A DNA stretch of 64,000 nt from an uncultured Fibrobacteria bacterium (GCA_963716395.1 OY970309.1:1248001-1312000); one strand, 5' to 3'. Positions 20,348 to 30,571 are shown, numbered from the stretch's first letter. Numbers and translations: made by a program. The notes: generated from the letters alone by a model not told the origin.

Positions 20348-21358
20348 ATGGGTTTACGCATCGCCATCATGGGCGCCACTGGCGCCGTGGGGCAAGAACT
20401 GCTCCGCATTCTCGCAGAGCGCCGCTTTCCGGTGTCGGAATTGCGGCTTTTAGCCTCGGCCCGGTCGGCGGGAAAAACCCTGCGCTTTGCCGGACAAGAC
20501 CTGCGCGTGCAGGAGTTGACCCACGACTCATTTGCGGGCACACAACTCGTGCTGGCTTCGGCCGGGGGCAAAATCAGCCAAGAGTTCGCGCCGGCGGCCG
20601 TGAAGGCCGGCGCCGTGGTGGTCGACAACACCTCGCATTTCCGCATGCACGCAGACGTGCCGCTGGTGGTGCCGGAAATCAACCCCGAAGACATCGCCCG
20701 GCACAAAGGCATCATCGCCAACCCGAATTGCTCGACCATCATCATGTGCCTGCCGCTGTGGCCGTTACACCAACGTTACCGCATCCGCCGGGTGGTGGCC
20801 GCCACCTACCAGGCCGCCAGCGGCGCCGGGGCCGTAGCCATGGACGAATTGGAAAAAGAAACCGCGGCGCGTTTGCAAGGCCGCGAGTTCCAACGCACCG
20901 TGATTCCGCATCCGTACGCCTTCAATCTTTTTCCGCACAATTCTCCCATGACCGCGAACGGTTATTGCGAAGAAGAGATCAAGATGGTGAAGGAAACGCA
21001 GAAGATCTTTCATGACGATGCCGTGGCCGTCACCGCCACCTGCGTGCGCGTGCCCGTACTGCGCGCGCATTCCGAAGCCCTGAACGTCGAATTCGAAAGC
21101 GAGCCCGACCTGGCCGAAGCCTACGCGCTGCTGGCGCAAATGCCGGGGGTGCAGGTGATGGAAGATCGCGGGCAAAACCGCTGGCCCACGCCGCTGGACG
21201 CCTCGGGCAAAGATCCGGTTTTGGTCGGACGCCTGCGCAAGGATGCGAGCCAACCCAAGACGCTGGAGATTTGGGTGGTAGGCGATCAAATTCGCAAGGG
21301 CGCGGCCTTGAACGCAGTGCAAATCGCGGAGAAACTGTTTCTGCAAAAGGGGTTTTGA
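20348..21358 (+). CDS. asd: Aspartate-semialdehyde dehydrogenase
   Basis: GATGAVG, IIANPNCST, TYQAASGAG, DQIRKGAALNAVQIAE. Confidence 0.97.
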   Translation: MGLRIAIMGATGAVGQELLRILAERRFPVSELRLLASARSAGKTLRFAGQDLRVQELTHDSFAGTQLVLASAGGKISQEFAPAAVKAGAVVVDNTSHFRMHADVPLVVPEINPEDIARHKGIIANPNCSTIIMCLPLWPLHQRYRIRRVVAATYQAASGAGAVAMDELEKETAARLQGREFQRTVIPHPYAFNLFPHNSPMTANGYCEEEIKMVKETQKIFHDDAVAVTATCVRVPVLRAHSEALNVEFESEPDLAEAYALLAQMPGVQVMEDRGQNRWPTPLDASGKDPVLVGRLRKDASQPKTLEIWVVGDQIRKGAALNAVQIAEKLFLQKGF

Positions 21359-21359
21359 C

Positions 21360-21677
21360 ATGCCCTCCGAATTCAAAAACGTTTCCGTGCCGGCGAAGGC
21401 CAATGTCTATTTCGACGGCAAGGTGCTGAGCCACACCTTGTTGTTTGCCGATGGCTCCAAGAAAACCTTGGGGCTTATTTTTCCGGGCGAATTCCGTTTC
21501 AACACCGAAGCTCCGGAGGGAATGGAAATGATTGCGGGCGATTGTCGTGTGAAAATGGCGGGGGAAGAAGGGTGGACCCGTTATCAAGCCGGCCAATCTT
21601 TCCGGGTTCCCGGCCATTCCCATTTCGACATTGGGGTGGATGCGGGAATCGCGGAATATATCTGCAGCTTCGGTTGA
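21360..21677 (+). CDS. ppnP: Pyrimidine/purine nucleoside phosphorylase (YaiE)
   Basis: KANVYFDGKV, KKTLGLIFPGEF.F.T, EYICSF. Confidence 0.9.
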   Translation: MPSEFKNVSVPAKANVYFDGKVLSHTLLFADGSKKTLGLIFPGEFRFNTEAPEGMEMIAGDCRVKMAGEEGWTRYQAGQSFRVPGHSHFDIGVDAGIAEYICSFG

Positions 21678-21723
21678 CGGCGGAAATAATTTCGCCGGCG
21701 GCGAAAAAAGTTTCGTTGCCGTC
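21676..21723 (+). terminator. Hairpin after ppnP, possible terminator
   Basis: Outer GACGGC...GCCGTC stem enclosing TTTCGCC-GGC-GGCGAAA; weak U-tract. Confidence 0.4.
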
Positions 21724-21832
21724 GTAGTGCTCGGTCTGTGTGCGCTCAAAGCTATTGATGTTCTCACACAGGAACGAAAAGCGTCACCCCATTTTCACCC
21801 GGACAGGTATCATGAATCGGGAGGCATGACCG

Positions 21833-24049
21833 ATGGCGACAATGCGTCTCTTCAGATTCAGTTGGTTGGCTTGGCTGGCCATGCCCTGCTTGGGGCAGTC
21901 TCCGTTGATCCCCGCAGACGTACTGACTTCGACCTTCACCACCCAGCAGCATCCTTATGCCGCCGCCATGAATTCCTTTCTGGCCAATCAAGCCGCCTAC
22001 GCGGCCAGCTTTACCCCGACCGGCCTCACCCGCGCCGACTATCTTCCCTTGATCGACAGCATCACGCGGGCCATGAAGACCTATCAGAACCCGGCCGGGC
22101 ATATCATTGATCCGGTCGAGGGTCGGGAGTTCCAGTACGCGACTCCCGCCTTCGCACACGCGGTCTCGGTCCTCTTCAAGAGCGGGTATACTCCGCGGAG
22201 CGACACGGCGCTTTTGAACGCGGGCATCTTGGCCTTGACCGTGGCCATTTCCGAAATGACCAGTAATGCGGTGCCCGATTCCCATGGCGATTTTTTCACG
22301 GTTCTCATCATGCAGGCCTATGAGAACTTCAAGGGAATCGTGCCGACAGCGACCCAGAACTCCTGGCGGACCAACCTCGGCAATATTGCGCCCGCCACCG
22401 TGTACCACAGTTCCGCGCCCAATTGGATCACGTTCAACATCGCCGGCGAATTCCTGCGCTATCAGGAGGGTCTGACCACTCTGGACTGGACGCAAGCGCG
22501 CATGACTTTCCAGGTCACGCGTATGGGCAATGACGGGCTCTATCAGGATCAGAATACCATCGACACGGCGTCGAATCCGGTGTCGAACATCGACGGCAAT
22601 TCGTTTGCCTACGACAACGTGGCCCGCGCCGAATTGGGAATCATTGCGCGCGGCGGTTATACCGGCACGTATTCCTCGCAGTTGAACCGGGCCTTGTGGA
22701 AGGGCGGCTGGACCAGCCTGCTTTATCAGTCGCCCGCCGGGGAGATGCCCACGGGCATGCGCAGTGCGGAGCACTTATGGAATGAGGGGTATACGGCGGC
22801 CAATTATGAAATGTGGGCCGAACAATACAAGTTGGCCGGTTATCCCAACATCGCGGGCGCCTTCAAAAGGGCGGCGATGCTTTCGCTGGCGGTTAACAAG
22901 TTATGGCTGCGGCCCGATGGTTCGGGTTATGTCACCAAAGCGCGTTATCCCGCCAGTGCCAAATGGGGATACATGTCGTATTCGGGCCTGACCAACTACG
23001 ACGGACTCGACGCATCCATCTTGGCCACGGCCTGGCAAATCTCCGACTCGACCATAGTGGAAAAGCCCGCACCGGCCGACATCGGCGGCTACGTGCTTCC
23101 CATTCTGCCCGGCTTCAAAAAAATCTTCGCGAGCGCCGGTGGCACCTATGTCGAATATGACATTCGCGGTGATCAATCCCACACCCCCACCGGTTTAATC
23201 CGGGTGCATTTGAAAAATTCCCTGCCTCAGCTCGGCCCTTCGGACGGGGTGATCGGAACCTTCAATCCCAATGAACAGTATCGCCCGCTCTACCCAACGG
23301 CGGATCCCCCGGGGCTGCCGAACACCGGTATCGGTCCGGCCTGGCAGGTTTCCGGGCAATGGGTGCCCCTGGGCTCCTTGCAGCAAATTCCAACGGTCAC
23401 CGTGCTCGAGCAGACGCCGGCGCGCGCCTCGTTCCGGGTCAGTTATTCCATCGACTCGGGTTCGACCTTGCAGGAAACCGTCTGGGTGGAACCCGGCGGG
23501 GTGACCGTGACCGATTCCGTGATCGGCGGAGGAATCAACGCCCTGCGGATTTATTACCCCATGCTGGTTACCGATGGAGAACAACAAACCACGGTGCAGT
23601 TGGCGGGAAACGCCGTCACCTTGGGGTTACGGGGCCAGGGCGCCCAATTTTCGGTGCTCAGCCCCGCGAACGCCACTTTGATCCGGACGAACGTCCAGCG
23701 CAATCACCGCAACGGCCGCTGCGAGATTGTGTACGCAGATGCGGGCCGGGTTGCACAGTACCGGGTCACCGCCTGGCCGGTTTATGTTCCCCCCGTTCCC
23801 GTCACGAGACCTTCAGCGGCACAAGCTTTCCCCAACCCCGTCCTCCATTTCGACGGCGCTTTTTTGCTGGTGGAAGAGTCCGGAAATCACCGCGAAGAAA
23901 TTCGCACACTCTCCGGCCACCTGCTGTGGTCGCGCACGGGTCATGGGATTACCCGCTATGATTTGCGGAACGTCGGGCAGGGGCGGGGAGTGCTTTTGCT
24001 CTCGGTGGTCGGCGAGAGTGGCCGGACCTTCTTGAAAATAATGCACTAG
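21833..24049 (+). CDS. Secreted hypothetical protein, helical N-domain + beta C-domain + sorting-domain-like tail
   Basis: 738-aa ORF with signal peptide, Pro-rich linker and tail IRTLSGHLLW...GRGVLLLSV. Confidence 0.75.
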   Translation: MATMRLFRFSWLAWLAMPCLGQSPLIPADVLTSTFTTQQHPYAAAMNSFLANQAAYAASFTPTGLTRADYLPLIDSITRAMKTYQNPAGHIIDPVEGREFQYATPAFAHAVSVLFKSGYTPRSDTALLNAGILALTVAISEMTSNAVPDSHGDFFTVLIMQAYENFKGIVPTATQNSWRTNLGNIAPATVYHSSAPNWITFNIAGEFLRYQEGLTTLDWTQARMTFQVTRMGNDGLYQDQNTIDTASNPVSNIDGNSFAYDNVARAELGIIARGGYTGTYSSQLNRALWKGGWTSLLYQSPAGEMPTGMRSAEHLWNEGYTAANYEMWAEQYKLAGYPNIAGAFKRAAMLSLAVNKLWLRPDGSGYVTKARYPASAKWGYMSYSGLTNYDGLDASILATAWQISDSTIVEKPAPADIGGYVLPILPGFKKIFASAGGTYVEYDIRGDQSHTPTGLIRVHLKNSLPQLGPSDGVIGTFNPNEQYRPLYPTADPPGLPNTGIGPAWQVSGQWVPLGSLQQIPTVTVLEQTPARASFRVSYSIDSGSTLQETVWVEPGGVTVTDSVIGGGINALRIYYPMLVTDGEQQTTVQLAGNAVTLGLRGQGAQFSVLSPANATLIRTNVQRNHRNGRCEIVYADAGRVAQYRVTAWPVYVPPVPVTRPSAAQAFPNPVLHFDGAFLLVEESGNHREEIRTLSGHLLWSRTGHGITRYDLRNVGQGRGVLLLSVVGESGRTFLKIMH

Positions 24050-24222
24050 AATTTCCCGTCTCGGCCGGACCATACCCAAAAGCCGATCCGTTCCGTTTCC
24101 CGTCGCTTTGACGCGCGGCCTGTCAAACTGGCAGCGGATCGCCCTGGATTTTTATACCGTCGCCCCCTATGCTCATCAGGCGGCGCAACCCGATGACGAG
24201 GGGTGCCGGAAAAGGAGCCGCC

Positions 24223-24630
24223 ATGTCGTTCCTGGATTGGCGCCCGATTTATTCCGTGGGCGTAAACACCATCGATCAGGAGCACCAAAAACTGATCGGG
24301 TTCATGAATCAATTCCTTGACCACCACATGGCGAAAAAATCCGCCGACGCGGTGACCAGCCTGCAGGCGTTGCTGGGTTACACCCAGGTTCACTTCGCCG
24401 ACGAAGAGCGCCTGATGGCGACCTGCCATTACCCCGATCTCGCCAACCATCAGCAGGCCCATATCCGGCTTTTGGAATCGGTGCGAAAACTGGCCGCAGC
24501 CTACGGAAGAGAAAATTCCACGGCCAATGCCGAAGCTCTGGCGAAATTCCTGAAAAGCTGGCTGGTCAATCACATTCTCGGCGTCGACAAACAATATTCT
24601 TCTTCCATGATCCATCACGGTATTCAATAA
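24223..24630 (+). CDS. Bacteriohemerythrin
   Basis: YSVGVNTIDQEH, HFADEE, HQQAH, WLVNHILGVD di-iron ligands; AAGGAG SD before ATG 24223. Confidence 0.93.
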   Translation: MSFLDWRPIYSVGVNTIDQEHQKLIGFMNQFLDHHMAKKSADAVTSLQALLGYTQVHFADEERLMATCHYPDLANHQQAHIRLLESVRKLAAAYGRENSTANAEALAKFLKSWLVNHILGVDKQYSSSMIHHGIQ

Positions 24631-24753
24631 TTAGCGACGGATTTTGTTTGCCCGCGGTGGCCGGGTCATGGTCGGCGAGTTCGCCATCTTATCCGGATCT
24701 CCACCGGCTTCCCGTTCGGACTTCCCGCCAACCGAGATCCTATTTTGACGGCC

Positions 24754-26607
24754 GTGAACCTTTCCCAACCCCTGCAAAGCCCGCTGTCGCGGCGCATGCT
24801 GGTTTGGACTCTGACCACCGTCGTGGCCGTAACCTTGCTGGAGTCGGCGGCTCAACTGTATTTCAATTATTCCGAAGACGTCTATCGTATCCGGCAAAAT
24901 ATCGGCCAGGAATTGCGCCACCATTTGCCGCCCCTGAGCAACGGGTTGTACCACAACGACGATCAAAAGTTGCGCATCGAACTCGAATCCCTGCTGCAGG
25001 ATCCCGATATCGCCTATGCCGCGGTATGGAGCACCGCGGATCTGCAGCACGTCCGGGTTCAGCGGGGGGAAAACCGATTGCCCTACCCCTTGTATCAAAG
25101 CTACCGCCTCGTGTACCGGCTGCCGGCCGGCCAGCCTCTGCCCGTCGGCTTTTTGCAGGTGGTCGTCAATCTCGCCGAAGCGCATAAGCGCCTTTGGCGC
25201 AATGCCCTGGTCAATATTTCCTTTAACGGCTTGACCATCTTGGCCGTCTCCCTAGCCATTCTGCTGCTCACCCATATCGGTGTCGTACGCTATTTGCACC
25301 TCATGGCGCGCCATGCCGCCGACCTCGACCTCAACCGCCTGGATCGACCCTTGCAAATCCGCCGTCTGTTCCGGCGGCAACGTCCCGACGAAATCGATCA
25401 GGTGGTCTATGCCTTGAATGATTTGCAGTCACGATTGCGCGAGGATATCCTGAAACGCCAACAGATCGAACGCCGACTGCAGCAGGCCCAGAAGCTGGAA
25501 TCTTTGGGAACCTTGGCCGGTGGCGTGGCGCATGACATCAACAACGTGCTGGGAATCATATTGGGTCAAACCGAATTGGCGTTGGCCTCCTTGCCCCCGG
25601 ATACGCCGGCCCGCGAGCGGCTGGAATTGTCGATCCAGGGCGTAGACCGCGCTAAACGCATCGTGCATCAAGTGCTGGCCTTCAGCCGCCGCAGCGACGT
25701 GCGCCGGCGGCCGCTCGACATCGCCCGCGCCGTACAAGACGCGCTCTTGCTCCTGCACGCCACCATCCCGAAAACCATTGAACTTCGCTCCGACATCGAG
25801 AACCGCGGCGACGTCATCATCGCCGACCCCACCGAAATTCAACAGGTATTGATGAACCTTTGCGGAAACGCGGCCCAGGCCATGCCTCAGGGTGGAACCC
25901 TGTTCGTCAATTTGCTGCGGGTGGAAATTTCAACTGAAGATCTCGACGCCAAAATCGGCGCGCCTCCGGGATCGTATTCCCTGCTCACCGTGCGCGACAC
26001 CGGACACGGAATGGATCATGAGACCCAGGAGCGGGTGTTTGAGCCCTATTTCACCACCAAGGAAATCGGCAAGGGTACGGGCCTCGGGCTCTCGGTCGTG
26101 CACGGTATCGTATCCGCGCTCAAAGGCACCATTACCGTTCATAGTGCTCCGGGAGCGGGAACCACCTTCCGCATATTTTTGCCCCGCGCCATTTTGGATG
26201 AAGATTCCACCCCTCCAGCAGTTGCCCGGCCCGTCTCGGAACATTTGCTTTTGGTCGACGATGACACCCCGCTCTTAGAATCTCTCGGGCATTCCCTGGA
26301 AAAAATCGGTTACCGTTTGACGCGTTGCGTCGATGGCGAACAAGCTCTGCAAGCCTTAAAACATTCACCGCGTGAATTTGATGCCTTAATTACGGATTTG
26401 ACGATGCCCCGTCTTTCCGGGTGGGACCTCGCGGTGGCCGCCCGAAAAATCCGACAAAACCTTCCTATTATCCTCTGTTTAGATCTCGGCGAAAGCGTGC
26501 ATGAAAAGCAAAATGACGGAAGCGAATTTTACTTGGTTTCAAAACCCGTGTTACGCGATGAATTGATCCATGCTTTACGTTTGATTTTTGATACAAAAAA
26601 TGTTTGA
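24754..26607 (+). CDS. Hybrid sensor histidine kinase (2 TM, HAMP-like, HisKA, HATPase, receiver)
   Basis: LAGGVAHDINN H-box, NLCGNA, DTGHGM, FTTKEIGKGTGLGL, C-terminal receiver. GTG 24754 preferred (TATTTT-N7-GTG). Confidence 0.93.
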   Translation: MNLSQPLQSPLSRRMLVWTLTTVVAVTLLESAAQLYFNYSEDVYRIRQNIGQELRHHLPPLSNGLYHNDDQKLRIELESLLQDPDIAYAAVWSTADLQHVRVQRGENRLPYPLYQSYRLVYRLPAGQPLPVGFLQVVVNLAEAHKRLWRNALVNISFNGLTILAVSLAILLLTHIGVVRYLHLMARHAADLDLNRLDRPLQIRRLFRRQRPDEIDQVVYALNDLQSRLREDILKRQQIERRLQQAQKLESLGTLAGGVAHDINNVLGIILGQTELALASLPPDTPARERLELSIQGVDRAKRIVHQVLAFSRRSDVRRRPLDIARAVQDALLLLHATIPKTIELRSDIENRGDVIIADPTEIQQVLMNLCGNAAQAMPQGGTLFVNLLRVEISTEDLDAKIGAPPGSYSLLTVRDTGHGMDHETQERVFEPYFTTKEIGKGTGLGLSVVHGIVSALKGTITVHSAPGAGTTFRIFLPRAILDEDSTPPAVARPVSEHLLLVDDDTPLLESLGHSLEKIGYRLTRCVDGEQALQALKHSPREFDALITDLTMPRLSGWDLAVAARKIRQNLPIILCLDLGESVHEKQNDGSEFYLVSKPVLRDELIHALRLIFDTKNV

Positions 26608-27190
26608 AAATAAGAAATATCCACCAACCTAAGACCCACGCGCGTATAAATCGTGTCTTTTAATACGTTGTGAAATTCAATAAACTTTCCACAGTGTTAT
26701 TGAAAACTTCGTCTGTTTTTAATTTGAAAATTTATAAACCCCGAATTTCAGGCAATTTTACCGCGGTTTCTATCGTTACATTTTTATTCCCCATTATATT
26801 ATCAACATTTATTGGGTACCCCACCAAAACCCAACCCTTAAACGTTTATCCACCGAGTTATTTTCAATAACCCAATTAATACACTAGAATCACCTCTTCT
26901 TTTTTTACACAATGGGGGTTCAGATGGAAATCCCCCATGGTGATCTTTTCCATGGGTTTTTTATTGAAAACCTTTAAGTTTTTCATTCTCTAATCAGAGT
27001 TAGACTATAATTATAACTATTATTAAAACAAAACACTTACATCATCATTTTTGTACTTTTCAAATCTTCCAACACCCCTTTTACTGATACTACATCTATT
27101 TATAAATAAGAGCCTTATAGAAACCCGGTCTATTGGTTCTAATTTTCCCCCTTTTAGAATCGATGACATATCGCTACTTTGAAAATCGGC
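26608..27190. other. AT-rich intergenic region, candidate replication origin (oriC)
   Basis: Co-oriented DnaA-box-like 9-mers at 26617, 26685, 26799, 26846 and 26903, followed by a trio-like tract at 27005-27025. Confidence 0.5.
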
Positions 27191-27191
27191 C

Positions 27192-27659
27192 ATGAATTTC
27201 AAATTGATAGAAAAGACCTTGTGGAATTGGTCAACTGCTGTTCTTGTTTTTTCGTTGCTCATGCTTTTTGGGTGTGCGCATACCTTGCCTCCACCTCCCT
27301 ATCAAGGGAATCGGCAGGATTGCGCGGACCTTGATAACGGTTTATCGGGGATAGCCGCCGATTCGACTTACGGGTATATCCAGACCAATCCTGTGCGCAT
27401 CGGTGGCGGAAGCACCGACAATGAGCTGACCTACATGCATATGTTGTTGGGTCCGAATAAAGAGTTAATCGGCGAGATTTTCAAAGTGGGAAGTTATTGG
27501 GCCGCGGGCTCGACACTCAGCGGATATAAAGTTGTGATCAACGGGGATACTTTGCCAAAAACCATCTACCTCGATACCCGCCATTGCCATGATCCGCAAG
27601 CACCAATCGGATTCAATATCAAAGAGGAATTTAAAGAAGTAAAAACGAAAACAAAATAA
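27192..27659 (+). CDS. Putative lipoprotein, hypothetical
   Basis: Hydrophobic stretch ending in lipobox-like LFGC; TYGY..TNPVRIGG...YM..L.GPN motif. Confidence 0.65.
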   Translation: MNFKLIEKTLWNWSTAVLVFSLLMLFGCAHTLPPPPYQGNRQDCADLDNGLSGIAADSTYGYIQTNPVRIGGGSTDNELTYMHMLLGPNKELIGEIFKVGSYWAAGSTLSGYKVVINGDTLPKTIYLDTRHCHDPQAPIGFNIKEEFKEVKTKTK

Positions 27660-27701
27660 TCGGGTTCCAAAAATAAAGGCGAAACCCGTATCCAGCACGT
27701 T

Positions 27702-30107
27702 TCAAGGAATCAGTACGGGTTGAATTCGAGTTCGACCGCATTGCGCCAGAATCAATCCATTAAATCCAAGCGGAGGCGTCCACCGAATGATTCCATTTTC
27801 ATTTGCCGTGGAAACGCCGAGATATTTTCCCTTCAACGTGAACCAATGAATCGTGGAAAGCTTCGGGACCTGCAGTTGCAAGCTCCCATTGCGCCAAAAG
27901 GGTATTCCAAATTGCGAGGCCATCGACGGAGTTATCCTCAAGGAAGGTGGATTGCCGACCGGCGCCGAATAGGGAGCCGGGGAAGTGTACATGGCCGACA
28001 AATTTCCTCCCAGCCGGAAATCATCAACGGTGACCGAGCCCGAGGTAATAGTGGGATTTTTATCGAATTGAACATGCCATCGAAAGGACGATCCTAAGGC
28101 CGGATTCGCCGTTCCGGAACGGGTGCTCAAGCGGCCCTTAAAATTGGAAAGTTGGTGTTGGTACACTTTCCAACTCGTGCCTATCGTGTCGAAAACCCCG
28201 AAATAATTGTTATCGGTGATATCAGATTGCACCAGATAAAAGTCAATCACCGTCGGTTGCGCCGCGCGCGCGCGATAATAAACTTTGTTTGCAAACGACA
28301 TTCCGGCCCAGCCGTCGCGCTGCCATTCCAATCCGCAATATTGGTAGCCTCCGGTTCCCAAATTAAAACTCCAGGTTAGGGCGCGATCGGCCCCGGTCCC
28401 CGAAGGCGCCAAAGGTCCAACCATCGCCGTTCCTTCGGCGCTGGAATTGTTGAACGAATCCCACAACCCCAGGTTGGGTTGCAAGGTGGGACCGGAAAAG
28501 TCATCGATCAGGATCCAACTGCTATCGACGCGCAAATCCTTCTGGTGCGCCAACCACACCCATTGGTTTTGATCGAGTAACCCGGGAACCGCGACATTGA
28601 TCAGGCACCAACCTTGCGGAAACGGCGTGCCCGTGGCGTCCATTCCATTCCAGGTGGCGGCGACCGTGGCCGTATGCGCCGAGGTCGACCATTGCGTTCC
28701 CGAGGGCGATTGGGTGATACGTAACGTCCATGTTGCCGGTTTGTTCAACAGGCCTTGCACTTGCAGCGGTGCGACCTGAAAATCCAAAGTCTGGTCACTC
28801 ACCGTGGGAGGCGAAGTCCACGCCACAGGCACGCCGGGCAACGGGTCCGCGAGGTCATCCCAGATATTGGAAAACCTTCCCGCCATAACTGCCGCTCCGA
28901 ACCAACCGAGAAACTGTTCGAAATATTCCTCGTTGGGAGCGGATCCGCTGCGATCGGAAATGCCCGTATCGGCCGGAAGACCCCAACGATCCGACGTGGG
29001 GGGCGCATAATTCAGCAAGGAGTCGACCCACGGTTGGGAAGCGGTCGGTCCCAGGCTGGAAAAGGCGGCACAAGCCCACATGCCCACGGTGAGTTCGCTG
29101 GCTTCACGGCGGGAACGCCAGGCGCCGTCGCCCAGGTGAAACGTGTCGCTGGCGGGCAAAGCGACCCCGTCCATAGTGTAAAAGTTGGCTCGCCCGGGAG
29201 ATTGGATAAAGGCGGCGGCCGAATCCAACCAGCGTTTGGCGCGCGTATCACCGAACCAGAGCCAATCCAGAGCCAGGCGCCATTGCACACGGATGCCGTC
29301 TTTATACATCGATTGCCCGTTGCGATAGGCGTTATACCCGAGGGAACCATTGTAAAACGTGCCATCGGGAACCATCCAATCGGGAAGCAATCCCTTGCCC
29401 GCCCCCGGGCTGGCGAACAGGGTTTGGTAGCATTGATCCACCACGCCGTTCCAGTCATGCGCCGGATCCGCCTGGGCGAATATTTTATACGTAGCCGGCG
29501 AGAAGTATCCCGGGTTCACGAAATCGCTTCCACCCCATCCCCCGCCCGGCGCCAAATACCTCCCCGAAACCACGGCGGTATTCCAAATGTTGGCGATAAT
29601 AGCGTGGGCGCGCTGAAGGTAAGTCGCGCCTTTGGGACTGGTATGCGTTTGCCACATCCCCTTCGACACCAGCGAATCGGCAAACAGCAGCATCAACGCA
29701 ATATCTTGATCCGCGTCGGTGGCCATTCCCGTTCCGATAACCCCACCCGATGGTCCGACACGCCAATCGTATTCCTGCCCGCCGTCGTTCCACATGTTGG
29801 TTTCGGCCGCGTCCCACACCCGGTTGAAGGAGGCCTGATCCCCGGAATACAAGAAGACGATCATTCCATAGGCCTGAGCCTCGGAAACCGCATCTCCGGG
29901 CTCTTCGGAGTTGGGCCGATGCACCAAACCGTCGGAATAGGGATCGACGTTCACACGCAGGATACCCTGGGCCGTACGGGCCAAGGCCGAATCCAGCCGC
30001 ACGTCATCAACGCGGGGAAGCCCGGAAACCGTGGGACCGAAAGCGTATAGCCGACACGCTGCAAGCAGCACGCAGGTGGTAAGGCGCGCCGAAGCGAAGG
30101 GCCGCAT
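27702..30107 (-). CDS. Glycoside hydrolase family 8 with Ig-like and CBM11/CIA30-like domains and sorting-domain-like tail
   Basis: VSEAQAYGM (catalytic Glu), ATDADQDIA, NPGYFSPA, DGIRVQWR; later LIDDF...VTVDDFRL module. Confidence 0.88.
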   Translation of the reverse strand: MRPFASARLTTCVLLAACRLYAFGPTVSGLPRVDDVRLDSALARTAQGILRVNVDPYSDGLVHRPNSEEPGDAVSEAQAYGMIVFLYSGDQASFNRVWDAAETNMWNDGGQEYDWRVGPSGGVIGTGMATDADQDIALMLLFADSLVSKGMWQTHTSPKGATYLQRAHAIIANIWNTAVVSGRYLAPGGGWGGSDFVNPGYFSPATYKIFAQADPAHDWNGVVDQCYQTLFASPGAGKGLLPDWMVPDGTFYNGSLGYNAYRNGQSMYKDGIRVQWRLALDWLWFGDTRAKRWLDSAAAFIQSPGRANFYTMDGVALPASDTFHLGDGAWRSRREASELTVGMWACAAFSSLGPTASQPWVDSLLNYAPPTSDRWGLPADTGISDRSGSAPNEEYFEQFLGWFGAAVMAGRFSNIWDDLADPLPGVPVAWTSPPTVSDQTLDFQVAPLQVQGLLNKPATWTLRITQSPSGTQWSTSAHTATVAATWNGMDATGTPFPQGWCLINVAVPGLLDQNQWVWLAHQKDLRVDSSWILIDDFSGPTLQPNLGLWDSFNNSSAEGTAMVGPLAPSGTGADRALTWSFNLGTGGYQYCGLEWQRDGWAGMSFANKVYYRARAAQPTVIDFYLVQSDITDNNYFGVFDTIGTSWKVYQHQLSNFKGRLSTRSGTANPALGSSFRWHVQFDKNPTITSGSVTVDDFRLGGNLSAMYTSPAPYSAPVGNPPSLRITPSMASQFGIPFWRNGSLQLQVPKLSTIHWFTLKGKYLGVSTANENGIIRWTPPLGFNGLILAQCGRTRIQPVLIP

Positions 30108-30367
30108 GTCCGTTTTAGTAGTTATTTACCATGCGGGGTTTGAGCCGCGCCGATCGGGAAAATCAGACCCGCGGCGGCCCAGAGTCGGAGACGGATAGGT
30201 AAGCCTTTTTCCTATCGCGCCATGGCCCTTGGCCTTCCCGAGTTCAACTTTGGCTCGGCGACAGTCGATGTCATTCCGGGACTTCATCTATTTCCGGTAT
30301 TTCGAGTGATGGGCAACAGCCCCCGCATCATGGCCAGATCTGGCCCATGGCATAAAATCAGGGTGAA

Positions 30368-30456
30368 TTAAGGGTACCTGTAAAAATGAGTTTCGTAAGT
30401 CCGCCGAAGGCGGAGAACCGGATCGAGTAGAAAGGCGTTATTAGAGTTACCCTTAA
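30368..30456. mobile_element. 89-bp MITE-like element
   Basis: Terminal inverted repeats TTAAGGGTACCTGTAA / TTAAGGGTAACTCTAA (14/16), TTAA at both ends, central TCCGCC-GAA-GGCGGA hairpin. Confidence 0.65.
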
Positions 30457-30571
30457 GGCCTTTATCCGGAAAGATTTTAAAGATCGGAATCAAAAATCAA
30501 ATAGAATAACATCGAATGAAGATTGTGAATATCTTAAACGCAGCATGAATATCGAAGTGGAGCGAATCAAT

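Noticed and set aside
24668-24730. Fluoride-riboswitch-like GGCGAGTTCGCCAT upstream of the kinase
   Set aside because: Lacks the GATGG core and the downstream GCTRATGAC pseudoknot element.
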